A program made the translations under genes and the position numbers. Below, one piece after another: positions 1 through 9,971 of a stretch of 64,000 bases of DNA. Source of the DNA: an uncultured Gammaproteobacteria bacterium (GTDB taxonomy: Bacteria > Pseudomonadota > Gammaproteobacteria > JACCXJ01); NCBI GenBank assembly GCA_963764725.1, contig CAVXTM010000007.1, forward strand, positions 1-64,000, written 5' to 3'. The notes beneath the pieces were generated by a model. That model worked only from the letters and a program-made list of their open reading frames with translations, did not search any database and had not been told where the DNA came from. Every line of letters begins with the position of its first letter. The first letter of the stretch is position 1.

Positions 1-41
1 GCTTAGAAGGCTGATGCTCTATCCGGCTGAGCTACAGGCGC
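1..41 (-). tRNA. tRNA-Arg(TCT), 5' part only (cut by window start)
   Basis: Reverse complement reads GCGCCTGTAGCTCAGCCGGATAGAGCATCAGCCTTCTAAGC: acceptor 5' strand, D-arm and anticodon loop CTTCTAA. Confidence 0.9.
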
Positions 42-89
42 TTATCCCAAGACGGCCTTTCGCCCATGTAAACCCATGCGCGCCGAGGT

Positions 90-166
90 TGGTCGGGGCA
101 GAGGGATTTGAACCCCCGACTCCCTGCTCCCAAAGCAGGTGCGCTACCAGGCTGCGCTATGCCCCG
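90..166 (-). tRNA. tRNA-Pro(TGG)
   Basis: Reverse complement CGGGGCATAGCGCAGCCTGGTAGCGC...TTTGGGA...GGTTCAAATCC...CCCCGACCA; complete cloverleaf with CCA end. Confidence 0.97.
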
Positions 167-283
167 CTAGACAGATCCCGCGAAAGCGACGGCGATAATA
201 CGCACGGCCGGTGATCACGTCAATCCGCGTGCAAACCCATCCTTCGTAGCGGTACTGAAAATCGACCTATCGAGGGCAATGAA

Positions 284-1727
284 TTACATCCGCCGCCACC
301 GGGTTCCCGTGGCGTTATCCTCCAAAATTGCGCCACTCGATCGGCTAGGCAGTCCCGGATCCTATTCGATTCCGCCCGTTCTGGCGGTTTCGCGCCGCCG
401 CCCGTTGCTCTATCAGCCGCTCGATAGCCTCGTCGGCGAGTGCATCCTGCTTGGCCGCTTGGACTGCCGCGCCGGAGCTTTCCGCGATTGATGCCCCGGC
501 CCTAATTTCCAGCCTGGCGGCACGAAAATAATGCTCGGGATCCGAGCGCAAGAGCCCGATCACTCCGGCGAAATGACGCAACGCCGCCCCGGCATCGGCC
601 GCTCGAGCGGGGACCGTATCCCGGTACTTGTTGATGTCACGCACTACGTCGAATAAGACAGCTATGGCCTCGGGCGTATTAAAATCATCGTCCATGGCCC
701 CCTGAAAGCGTTCCTCGTAGGGATTGGCGGAGCGGTACTCTGCGGCCGGGAGATCGCGCAGCGCCAAGTACAGGCGGGTGAGCGCGGTACGGGCATGGTC
801 GAGGTTTTCTTCGGAGTAATTCAAGGGACTCCGATAATGGCTGGCTAAAAAAAAGTAACGCACCTCTTCCGGATGATACCTGGCCAAGACCTCGCGCACG
901 GTAAAGAAATTTCCGAGGGATTTCGACATTTTCTCCTCATCGACGCGTACGAAGCCGTTATGCATCCACACGTTGACGAAGGGCTGTCCGGTGGCGCCTT
1001 CCGACTGCGCGATTTCGTTTTCGTGGTGGGGAAACTGTAGATCCTGGCCGCCGCCGTGAATATCGAAATGCACGCCTAAACACTCGGTGGACATCGCCGA
1101 GCACTCGATATGCCAGCCCGGACGTCCCGGCCCCCAGGGCGATCCCCACGACGGTTCGCCGTCCTTGGCGCGCTTCCAAAGCACGAAATCCAGCGGATCG
1201 TCCTTGGCCTCATCCACTTCCACCCGCGCGCCGGCGTATAGATCCTCTACCCGCTTTCCGGAAAGGCGGCCGTAACTCTTAAAACTACTCACGTCATAGT
1301 AAATGTCGCCGTTGGCTGACTGGTAGGCGTGCCCACGCGCCAATAAGCGCTCGATCATCCGCAACATCCCGTCAATGTGTTGGGTCGCGCGCGGCTCGAC
1401 GTCGGGCTTGATGACGCCCAAGGCGGCTGCGTCCTCGTTCATGAATGCTATGAAGCGCGCAGTAACGGCATCGATCGGTTCATTCTGTTCGCGCGCGCGC
1501 TTGATGATCTTGTCATCGACATCGGTGATATTGCGCACGTAAGTCACTTCAAATCCGCGCGCGCGCAGGTATCGAACCACGGTATCAAACACCACCATGA
1601 CGCGCGCGTGGCCTAGATGGCAATAGTCGTAGACGGTCATCCCGCAGACGTACATACCGACCTTTCCCGAGACCAGGGGCCGGAATTCCTGTTTCCGGCC
1701 GGTAAGCGTGTTATAGATTACCAGCAC
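284..1727 (-). CDS. cysS: Cysteine--tRNA ligase; C-terminal frameshift(s), probably sequence error
   Basis: [42 protein letters not shown] and KMSKS motifs. The ORF stops at 345, but the canonical tail [14 protein letters not shown] continues in another frame to 284. Confidence 0.97.
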
Positions 1728-1736
1728 AGGATCTTC

Positions 1737-3146
1737 TTAACGCAGATGACTCTGAAACCTGGCGCGCAGCCGCTCCGGCCCGAGCAGTCCATAAAGTGCC
1801 GCCAACTCCGGCCCATCAACGCGCCCCGTCAGCGCCGCTCGCAGCGGCATAAATAAGCGTTTTCCGCTCTCTGCGATGTTCGCCTTGAGCGTGGCAATAA
1901 ACCTCTTAAAGTCGTCCGGATGGCGCGCCAAGGCTTCCGATGCGGCGCGAAAATACCCCGGCTTCGCATCAGCGATCACCTGGGACGCCGGTTGGGAGAG
2001 CTCGGCCGGACCTCGATAAATAATGTTGGCCCAGACAAGCGCATCCTCGGGCAGGAGTACATTCGCCCGGATCGCCTCGATAAAGATCTGTCGAGCCCCC
2101 CCGGAACAAGATCCCGCACCGGTTCTCCCACCCAGTTCCACAGTTCTTCCACGCCCATCCGGTGCAAGACCTCGCGCTGCCAAAAATCCAACTGCGCGGG
2201 GCTGAAGCGCGCCGACGCGCGGCCCAACCGGGATAAAGAGAAGCCGCCGATCAAGCCATCGGTGTCCAAATAACCAGGATCATCATAAGTGTGCCCGAGG
2301 CGCGCTAAAGCATTGTTGACGGCGTCCGGAAGATAACCGCGCTCCCGCAGCGCATGCACCGACAGGCTCCCGGCGCGTTTCGACAAGGGCTGGCCGGCCT
2401 CATCGAGGACCAAGGCGATGTGGCCATAACGTGGTCTGCGGAGTGCGATGGGCCTCGAGGATCAGGATCTGCCGCGGCGTATTGCTTAGGTGATCCTCAC
2501 CGCGTACGACATCGGTAATGCCCATCAAGGTGTCATCGATGGCGTTGCAAAAAAAGAACGCGGCGCTGCCGTCGGATCGCCGGATCACGAAATCGCCGAT
2601 GTCGTCCGTGTGGAAAGATTGAGGACCCCTCACCGAGTCGTCGAATTCGATCGTTGTGCCCGCCGGCACCCGAAAGCGCAACGAGGGCTGCTGACCTTGC
2701 GCCCTAAACCGCGCAACGGCCTCCGCAGTCAAGCGGGCGCAGGTGCCGGGGTAGCGGGGTGCCCGGCCCGCGGCGAGCTGGGTCTTGCGCGCGAGCGCAA
2801 GCTTGTCCGGCGAGCAAAAACAGGGGTAGGCCAGACCCTGCTCTTGGAGCTGCTGGTAGTATTGTGCATAGAGGGTCGTGCGTTCCGACTGCCGATAAGG
2901 CCCCCGCTCCCCTTCGCTGCCAAAACCCTCATCCCACTGTAAACCCAGCCAGATCAGATCTTCCAGCAGGGTATCGAGGGCGGAATCATCCTCGCGCGTC
3001 CGATCGGTGTCCTCGATGCGCAGGAGAAAGATGCCTTGTTCCTTGCGGGCGAAGAGCCAATTAAAGAGCGCCGTGCGCACGTTCCCTAAATGCAGTAGCC
3101 CGGTGGGGCTCGGCGCAAACCGCGTGGTGATCGTTTCCCCCATCAT
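1737..3146 (-). CDS. gltX: Glutamate--tRNA ligase, split over three frames by two indels
   Basis: RFAPSPTGLLHLGN, LRIEDTD, VRGEDHLSNT, PLSKR and GKRLFMPLRAALTG motifs across ORFs 2400-3146, 1976-2413 and 1737-2183; breaks near 2451 and at the C-run 2096-2102. Confidence 0.93.
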
Positions 3147-3221
3147 CGCGTGGGATGGTACCCGAAAAAAGGTATACTAACCAATGCCATCGACACGGCA
3201 TTTTCTTGGGACGGGAGGATC

Positions 3222-3956
3222 ATGGCCACGCTTTTCATTTCCGATTTACATCTCAGCCCGGAGCGGCCGGACAAGCTCGCGCTGTTTTACAAGCTTTTAA
3301 ACGGACCCGCTCTCGACGTTGACGCGCTCTATATCCTCGGCGACTTGTTCGAGGCGTGGATCGGAGACGACGACACGACCTCACCCCATCGAGAGATCGT
3401 GGAGGCGCTGGCGCGCTATGCCGCGACGGGAAAGCCGCTGTACCTGATGCACGGCAATCGAGACTTTCTCATGGGTCCGGAGTTCGAGGCCCGCAGCGGC
3501 GGGAGACTGCTCCCCGATCCCTCCCTCATCGACCTCTACGGAGAGAAAACCTTATTGATGCATGGAGATACCCTCTGTACGCAAGACACCGACTACCAAG
3601 CGTTCCGAAAACAGGTGCGCGATCCGCGTTGGATAGCGGGGTTTTTGCAAAAACCGCTCGCGGAACGGGCGGCCATTGCGAGTAACCTGCGGGAGGGCAG
3701 CCGCGCGGCGACCCGCCAGAAAGAAGCCGAGATCATGGATGTCGAGCCCGCAGCGGTTTCACAAACGATGATCGACCACGGGGTGCGCCAGCTGATCCAC
3801 GGCCACACCCACCGGCCGGCCATTCACCGCTTCGAGATGCAAGGCCAGAGTGCACGCCGCATCGTCCTCGGCGATTGGTACGGGGACGATTATGTGCTCC
3901 TTTATTCCGCAAACGAACCGCAATTGGTGACCGCGACGGCGTTGACGAACCCGTAA
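3222..3956 (+). CDS. lpxH: UDP-2,3-diacylglucosamine diphosphatase
   Basis: TLFISDLHL, LYILGDLFEAWIGDD, GNRDFL, HGD, IHGHTH and LGDW motifs; GGAGG ribosome-binding site before ATG 3222. Confidence 0.95.
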   Translation: MATLFISDLHLSPERPDKLALFYKLLNGPALDVDALYILGDLFEAWIGDDDTTSPHREIVEALARYAATGKPLYLMHGNRDFLMGPEFEARSGGRLLPDPSLIDLYGEKTLLMHGDTLCTQDTDYQAFRKQVRDPRWIAGFLQKPLAERAAIASNLREGSRAATRQKEAEIMDVEPAAVSQTMIDHGVRQLIHGHTHRPAIHRFEMQGQSARRIVLGDWYGDDYVLLYSANEPQLVTATALTNP

Positions 3957-4000
3957 CACGACAAGCTTTGGTTCCGGCAAGAAACACCTGACGGCACGGC

Positions 4001-4342
4001 ATGCGCGAACCCGAACAGATTGCCCGATCAGCGATCGACGATCTCCTCCGGGCCGCCAGCTGGCAGGTATGCGGCGTCGCGGACGCGAACATCCACGGCG
4101 CGTCCGGCGTGGCCATCCGCGAGTTCCCACTACCCGGCCACGGTTCTTGCCAATCGGCCAAGGATGGTCGGCCCCGGAGTTTCGAGCGAAGCGAGACGCG
4201 AGAGCGAAGAAACACAGCCACGCCGAGGAACATCGTGAGAATCGTGCGCGAGGAGTTCGGCAAGGGCAACGCGAGCCCCCAAGCGATCGCGCGATCGGGG
4301 ATATACGCGGCCGCAAACGTCGAGCGACTAGGCTTGCTCTGA
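4001..4342 (+). pseudogene. hsdR: Internally deleted remnant of a type I restriction R subunit
   Basis: PEQIARSAIDDLLRAASWQV...GVAIREFPL resembles an HsdR N-terminus; (HSHAE)xIVRIVREEFGKGN resembles the HsdR helicase region; about 110 codons versus about 900-1000 for a full subunit. Confidence 0.7.
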
Positions 4343-4370
4343 CAACCTTGCACATAAGGGAGACGCAGAG

Positions 4371-5831
4371 TTGGCGGATCCACAGACAGCTCAGATCAAC
4401 GGTTCCAGACTTGCCACCACATTCGCACTGCGGCCGCAGCAGTTCGCGTGGTTGCTGGGCGCGGGGGCGTCCGCTTCAGCGGGCATCCCCACTGGTTACA
4501 TGATGATCCGCGACTTCAAGGTGCACCTCTTTTGCCAGGAGACTAGGTTACCCCGTCGAGAGGTCGATGCCACAGATCCGCTTTGGGTTCAACGCGTTGA
4601 CGCGTTCTTCCGACAGCGGTCATTGCTGGCTCCGGCGGGCGATCCGTCCGAGTATGCAGCAGCGTTCGAAGCCGTTTACCCAACCGAGGAAGAACGGCAG
4701 CTTTACATCGAGGACGCGATCCGCAAGGGAACGCCCTCTTTCGCACATCGAGTACTCGCGTCCCTGATCTCGACAAAGCGTGTGCCATGCGTCTTCACAA
4801 CGAACTTCGATCCACTCGTCGAGATCGCAACTACCCAAACCGACCAGTTGCTAGATGCGAGCGAGCGCGCTCACCTGACCGTCGCGGCGCTTGACTCCGT
4901 GGAGCGTGCCAGCAGATGCCTTCGCCAGTCGAGCTGGCCGCTTGTTGCGAAGATCCATGGTGACTACAAGTCCGTACGGCTGAAGAACACCACGGATGAG
5001 CTTCAGCGGCAGGACGCGGACATGCGTGCGGTGCTCGTGGGGGCATGCCAGCGGTTCGGCTTGATCGTGGTCGGGTACAGCGGACGCGATGAGTCCGTCA
5101 TGCAGGCACTAGAAGACGTGTTGCAAACACCGGGCGCGTACCCGGCGGGTATCTACTGGGTCGGCAGCTCCGAAAAGGATCTGTTGCCTGCTGTTCGCCG
5201 ACTGTTTGCTAGAGCGACTGCTGCCAGCGTAGCAGTCGCGTTCGTTCAGTCGCAAGGGTTCGACGAACTTGCGGCAGACCTACTCAATCCGATCACATTG
5301 CCCGACGTGCTCCATAAGCACGTCTTTGAGCGACGCCCTCAGGAGCGGCTGCGCTCTGTGCGGCTACCGACTGTAGATGCGCGGAAGTTTCCGATCTTGC
5401 GATGCTCGGCGTTCCCGATTTCCCAGATGCCCACTGTCGCTCGGCGACTGACGCTATCCAAACCTGCATCCACCGTAAAGGTGAGGCAACTGCTCAAGGA
5501 AGCGGAGGTCCGCGCCGTGGTGGCCAGCACGGGCCGAGCTGTCGCCGCGTTTGGTCCAGACGAGCAGCTTGTGGCGGCGCTTTCGTCGCTAGGCGCTCGC
5601 GCCGACGGCACGATGTCTTTGAAGTCCGACGCCGAGAGCTGGGCGTTGGGGCTACTCTACGACGCACTGACAACGGCGTTGTGCCGTCATCGACCTCTGT
5701 ATGTGCGCATGCGGCGGTCCGGGCATTCTCTCCTGGTTGCGCAAGGTAAGCCCGACGAAAGCGAGGAACGAAAGCGACCGGGGCGCAGCTTGTGTTCTCG
5801 CGCTACATCTTCTGTTGCTACGACCCAATAA
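4371..5831 (+). CDS. Sir2-APAZ NADase (short-pAgo/SPARSA-type effector), C-terminally truncated
   Basis: FAWLLGAGASASAGIPT, VFTTNFD, AKIHGDY, GLIVVGYSGRDESVM, GIYW and FDE motifs, then FPILRCSAFP and ALTTALCRHRPL segments collinear with Sir2-APAZ proteins as I recall them; ends at 486 aa with a non-homologous tail. Confidence 0.8.
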   Translation: MADPQTAQINGSRLATTFALRPQQFAWLLGAGASASAGIPTGYMMIRDFKVHLFCQETRLPRREVDATDPLWVQRVDAFFRQRSLLAPAGDPSEYAAAFEAVYPTEEERQLYIEDAIRKGTPSFAHRVLASLISTKRVPCVFTTNFDPLVEIATTQTDQLLDASERAHLTVAALDSVERASRCLRQSSWPLVAKIHGDYKSVRLKNTTDELQRQDADMRAVLVGACQRFGLIVVGYSGRDESVMQALEDVLQTPGAYPAGIYWVGSSEKDLLPAVRRLFARATAASVAVAFVQSQGFDELAADLLNPITLPDVLHKHVFERRPQERLRSVRLPTVDARKFPILRCSAFPISQMPTVARRLTLSKPASTVKVRQLLKEAEVRAVVASTGRAVAAFGPDEQLVAALSSLGARADGTMSLKSDAESWALGLLYDALTTALCRHRPLYVRMRRSGHSLLVAQGKPDESEERKRPGRSLCSRATSSVATTQ

Positions 5832-6454
5832 GTGTTATCTGGTGGTTTAGGGCCTGCATCCTGCCAAAACCGCACCCAGGCGCGAATGGTGGCGTTTATT
5901 CGGCAAGGTTCTGTTGCTAGCGCCCAAGTGTCGAGGCCTGCATGAGCGAATAACCAGTCTCCAAGTCTCAAAATAGAATTTCTCGTCCGTATCCATTCCG
6001 CGTAGCAAGTCGTTCCGCGGAACGCGTCCTCGGGGCCGGGAAAATCCTGATATTGCATCTTTTCCTTGCGGGACATTCCGTGCAGTAACCCTTGGATGGG
6101 CGAGAGATCATGATTGCCCAATAGCGCGTGAACCATGCCTCCCTGAGAAAGCGCTTCCTGTTCCAGGCGCATGACCATATTCAACAGCAAGCGAGAGTCC
6201 TTGCAACCACCAACAAGATCGCCTAATAACACGAGGTGGCTATCCGCACCGGACCAGTGTCCATCCGCATTTATCAATCCTAATTTAAGGCACAGGGCCG
6301 CGCATGCCACTAAATCCCCGTGCAAGTCGCCAATGGCAACTATTTTGGGCGGGAGAGGATGATGCCAGCCGATAGAATCGCCTGCGAGCAAGGGGAACGT
6401 ATCGTCTGTATTTTGACGCAGCAAGGAGCGGAGCTCGGAGAGCATCGATTCCAT
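5687..6454 (-). CDS. Calcineurin-like (Shewanella-like) metallophosphoesterase; C-terminus apparently lost near 5785
   Basis: IVAIGDLHGD, LVLLGDLV, LLGNHD and FAHAG motifs; the later GPLW and GHT motifs are absent; the last ~35 codons are antisense to the Sir2 ORF. Confidence 0.7.
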   Translation of the reverse strand: MESMLSELRSLLRQNTDDTFPLLAGDSIGWHHPLPPKIVAIGDLHGDLVACAALCLKLGLINADGHWSGADSHLVLLGDLVGGCKDSRLLLNMVMRLEQEALSQGGMVHALLGNHDLSPIQGLLHGMSRKEKMQYQDFPGPEDAFRGTTCYAEWIRTRNSILRLGDWLFAHAGLDTWALATEPCRINATIRAWVRFWQDAGPKPPDNTYWVVATEDVAREHKLRPGRFRSSLSSGLPCATRRECPDRRMRTYRGR

Positions 6455-7104
6455 GGCTTGGTCAAAATCTCGCGCAAAAGACGATTGATAACATAGTGGT
6501 CTCTAGCCTGTTCAGTCTCACTATGGTCCGGATGTATGCGCCAAGCATGACGCGCTATATATCTAAGCTCGCGAGCAGAATTTCTGAGCCTAGCACTTCA
6601 GACGCATACCTACCAACAGCCTAATTTTTTAGTCTAGCCGTCGAATGTGAAGATTTAAAGACAGAGCGCTCTACGCCATTTACGATAACTGCAATAGCCT
6701 GCACACGAACGCCTACGCGAAGTGGTCACGACCCCGACTGAAGCGTCGGCCCGCCGCGCGCAGTGGAACTGGAGAAGCGCGATGGCTGGGCTCAGCATGC
6801 CGTAGCCCATGTCATGGATGCGAATGTTGTCACTCGCGGCCATCTACAAACATCGACTATCTCGCTGTGCTCACATGGAAGCTCTCGTAGAGATCGTCGT
6901 TTGCCCAGCCGGCCCATGGACGCGGACCTCGCCCCGGCGAGCTCGCCTCGGGTATGAGAAATGTTAACGCCGTGATTCAAAAAAAGCGTATCGATGGGCC
7001 AGTGGGATGTCACACACGATCGTCGAAACCTGTCAAGGACTTTGAAACGAGCACGACCTGGTAGCCATACTATTTGAGTGCGAGGGCGGCATACAGTCAA
7101 ATAT

Positions 7105-7210
7105 ATTTTGCCTGCGGGGTGTGGGCACCGCAGGCAACCCAAGGAGAGAGCGGCACTGCTCCGCTTCGGAAACCCCAATGCTAACGTGCCCCACAAGCGG
7201 CGGGTATTGG
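7105..7210 (-). repeat. Three-hairpin intergenic repeat, degenerate copy D
   Basis: Reverse complement contains the core TTAGCATTGGGGTTTCCGAAG and the stem TTGCCTGCGG/CCGCAGGCAA; aligns with copies at 41.7, 50.0 and 56.3 kb. Confidence 0.65.
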
Positions 7211-7240
7211 TAAACTATGTTCACCCTATTCTAAAAAAAA

Positions 7241-8623
7241 GGGTCTTCGTGAAAACGTGTGGGTAATATTGGTTTCATGATCACGCTGCAAGGCTTGCTC
7301 TGCAAGGGATTACGTCCGGTTGAAGGGACGGTAATTTCTGGCATGCTGTGGCGATGGCTACCCAACGCAAACGCTCTCGTCGTCTCACCGACACATACGC
7401 CTTTGACGGCTTTCGTCCACAAGCAACGGTACGCGGGGTCTTCGGGGAACCGAAGGTGCGCATCGTCACGGTTGTACGACGCTCAAAAAAACACGCTGTG
7501 GAGTCTGCGGTACGTTGCATCGCAGCTGGTACGACAAGAAGCTGCGGCAGGTTCGAGATCTCTCCTGCGGGGATACGCACGTGCGGCTGGAGTTGGAGGT
7601 CCGGCGTGTGGATTGCCGGCAGTGCGGCAAGGTGAAGCGCGAGCGTCTGGACTTTCTGGCCGACAACCCTTTCTACACCAAGCGCTTTGCTTTCTACGTC
7701 GGGCGGCGCTGGCGCACGAGCACCATCAAGGCGGTGGCCGATGAGTTGGATCTCGACTGGCAGACGGTCAAGGAGTTGGACAAGCAATACATGGGTGCGC
7801 AGCTTGCACGGGCTGGCCGGCCAGGACCTGCGGTTATCGGCATCGATGAGATCGCCATCCGCAAAGGTCACACCTATCGCATCGTGGTCAGCGATCTCCT
7901 CCGTGGCCGACCGATCTGGTTTGGCGGGACTGACCGCTCTCAGGCCAGCATGGACGAATTCTTCAAATGGCTGGGGCCGCGTAAAACCAAGGGGGTGCGC
8001 TTGGCTGTGATGGATATGTGGAAGCCGTTTCGCAACAGCACCAGAGAACAAGCGCCCCAGGCGGCCATCCTGTTCGACAAATTTCACGTGACGCGTCATC
8101 TGGGCGAAGCGCTCGATAAGGTCCGCAAGGGGGAGTACGCCCGACTCAGCGGCGAGAAACGTACCTACATCAAGGGCCAAAAATATACCCTGCTCTCCCG
8201 GCGGGAGAATCTGACCCTCGATGGTCGAGCTGCCTTGAAGAGGCTCCTCGCCGCCAACAAGCGGCTGAACACTGCTTATCTGCTCAAGGAATCTTTCGGC
8301 CAATTGTGGAGCTACGAGCGTGAAGCGTGGGCGCGACGTTTCTTCGAGAACTGGCGTAACGCGCTTAAATGGCAGCGTCTGAAACCGTACGAGAAATTCG
8401 CCGAGATGATCGAGCGCCATTGGGATGGGATCGCTGCTTATTGCAAACCAGAGAACAAGATCTCTCTCGGATTCGTCGAAGGACTCAACAACAAGATCCG
8501 CGTCATCCAGCGCCGCGCCTACGGACTCCGCGACGAGGATTACCTGCGCCTCAAGGTGCTTACCTGCATGCTGCCGGTACTGTGAAAACACCATTTTCTA
8601 CCCACTCACTTTCACGATGAGCC
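7241..8623 (+). mobile_element. ISL3-family insertion sequence, 1383 bp, with 8-bp target duplication
   Basis: Left IR GGGTCTTCGTGAAAACGTGTGGGTA versus right IR (rc) GGCTCATCGTGAAAGTGAGTGGGTA, 20/25 identical; AAAAAAAA at 7233-7240 and 8624-8631. Confidence 0.93.
7354..8585 (+). CDS. ISL3 transposase needing a -1 frameshift at A7 (7485-7491)
   Basis: IGIDE, VMDMW, FDKFHV and VEGLNNKIRVIQRRAYG motifs; a -1 shift joins RRSKK to TRCGVCG, restoring the first CxxC of the zinc finger. Confidence 0.9.
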
Positions 8624-8636
8624 AAAAAAAAGAGCG

Positions 8637-9911
8637 ATGACAATATTCAGCGTAGCCATCATCGGCACCGGCCCGGCGGGACTCGCGTGCGGCCATTTCT
8701 TGCATCATCGATTCGATGTAACGGTGTACGAAAAGAACGATTGTGCCGGCGGACATGCAAATTCCGTTACGGTGGAGCACAACGGAGAAACGGTTCGCTT
8801 CGATACCGCCTTCGTCGTGTTCAACAACGCCGCCTACCCGCTCTTCATGCGGCTGCTGAGCGAATTGAATGTACCGAGCATGTACTGTCCGATGAGCTTC
8901 AGCTTCCAGATCTATCCCGATGGCCTCCAGTATATGACCCGAGGCCTGACCTATTGCTTTTGCGATCTCGAAAACCTGCTGAGTTGGCGCTTTTTGAGGA
9001 TGCTTTTTGAAATGGTGAAGTTCCACCGCAATGCGCCGGAGGTGCTCAAGGACCGCAAATACCGTGACTACAGCATCGCCCGGTACGTACGGGAGAAAAA
9101 CTACAGTGAGGACTTCTTACATCGCTTCCTGATCCCGCTCATCGCGGTCACCTGGTCGCTACCGCCGGACAAGATGTTGGACTATCCGATAGTCACGCTG
9201 GTCGAGTTCCTGTATCACCACGGCGCGCTGCAAGGCCTTCTCGGCCGCAAACATTGGCGAACCGTTATCAACGGAAGCCGCTCTTACGTGGAGAAAATCA
9301 CAGCGCCCTTCAAAGATCGCATCCTCACGAATCGCGGCGCCGCGAGCGTCAGGCGCAAGAACGGGGCTGTCGAAGTCAGCGATAGCCACGGCGAGGTTAA
9401 GACCTTCGATCATGTCATCTTCGCTTGTCACGCCGACCAGGCGCTCGCGATGCTTGCGGATCCGACGCCGTTGGAACAGGAGCTACTGAGCAAGTTTAAA
9501 TATCATCGCAGCCGGGTGGTCGTGCATACCGACGCCTCGATGATGCCGGCCAAGCGGCGGCACTGGGCGGGTTGGAACTATTATGTTCACTACGATCGCG
9601 ACCGTAATCCACGGTCTTCGACAACCTATCACATGAACACCCTGCAAAAGGTCTCTCAGAAGACTGATTATTTTGTGACCTTCGGCGATATCGACCGAGT
9701 TGACGACACGAAAATCCTCGAAGAGCTGACCTACGAGCATCCTATCTTCGATCTACTCGCCATCAATGCCCAGCGGGAGTTGCATAAGCTCAACCAGAAT
9801 GGCATTAGCTATTTTTGCGGATCGTACTTCAAGTACGGCTTCCACGAGGACGCCTTCCGCGCGGGCGTCGAGGTGTGCCGGGCGCTCACTGGAGAGCCCA
9901 TCTGGGAGTGA
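8637..9911 (+). CDS. FAD-dependent oxidoreductase (COG2907-like, fatty-acid modification family)
   Basis: VAIIGTGPAGL, GGHA, DTAFVVFN..YP, ACHADQAL, YEHP and GSYFKYGFHED motifs. Confidence 0.85.
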   Translation: MTIFSVAIIGTGPAGLACGHFLHHRFDVTVYEKNDCAGGHANSVTVEHNGETVRFDTAFVVFNNAAYPLFMRLLSELNVPSMYCPMSFSFQIYPDGLQYMTRGLTYCFCDLENLLSWRFLRMLFEMVKFHRNAPEVLKDRKYRDYSIARYVREKNYSEDFLHRFLIPLIAVTWSLPPDKMLDYPIVTLVEFLYHHGALQGLLGRKHWRTVINGSRSYVEKITAPFKDRILTNRGAASVRRKNGAVEVSDSHGEVKTFDHVIFACHADQALAMLADPTPLEQELLSKFKYHRSRVVVHTDASMMPAKRRHWAGWNYYVHYDRDRNPRSSTTYHMNTLQKVSQKTDYFVTFGDIDRVDDTKILEELTYEHPIFDLLAINAQRELHKLNQNGISYFCGSYFKYGFHEDAFRAGVEVCRALTGEPIWE

Positions 9912-9971
9912 TACCACGCGCCGCTGGATGAGAAGTGCAACGTGGCGTTCGCAGCAGCCTTGAGCCGCGGC

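Noticed and set aside
1-166. tRNAs as an integration site
   Set aside because: No integrase or duplicated tRNA 3' end seen in the window
14-214. 66-aa ORF at window start
   Set aside because: Antisense to the two tRNA genes
6455-7100. Short ORFs between the phosphatase and the repeat
   Set aside because: No recognisable family or ribosome-binding site; I could not assign them as a gene remnant
7281-8594. 437-aa minus-strand ORF
   Set aside because: Antisense shadow of the ISL3 transposase with no recognisable motifs
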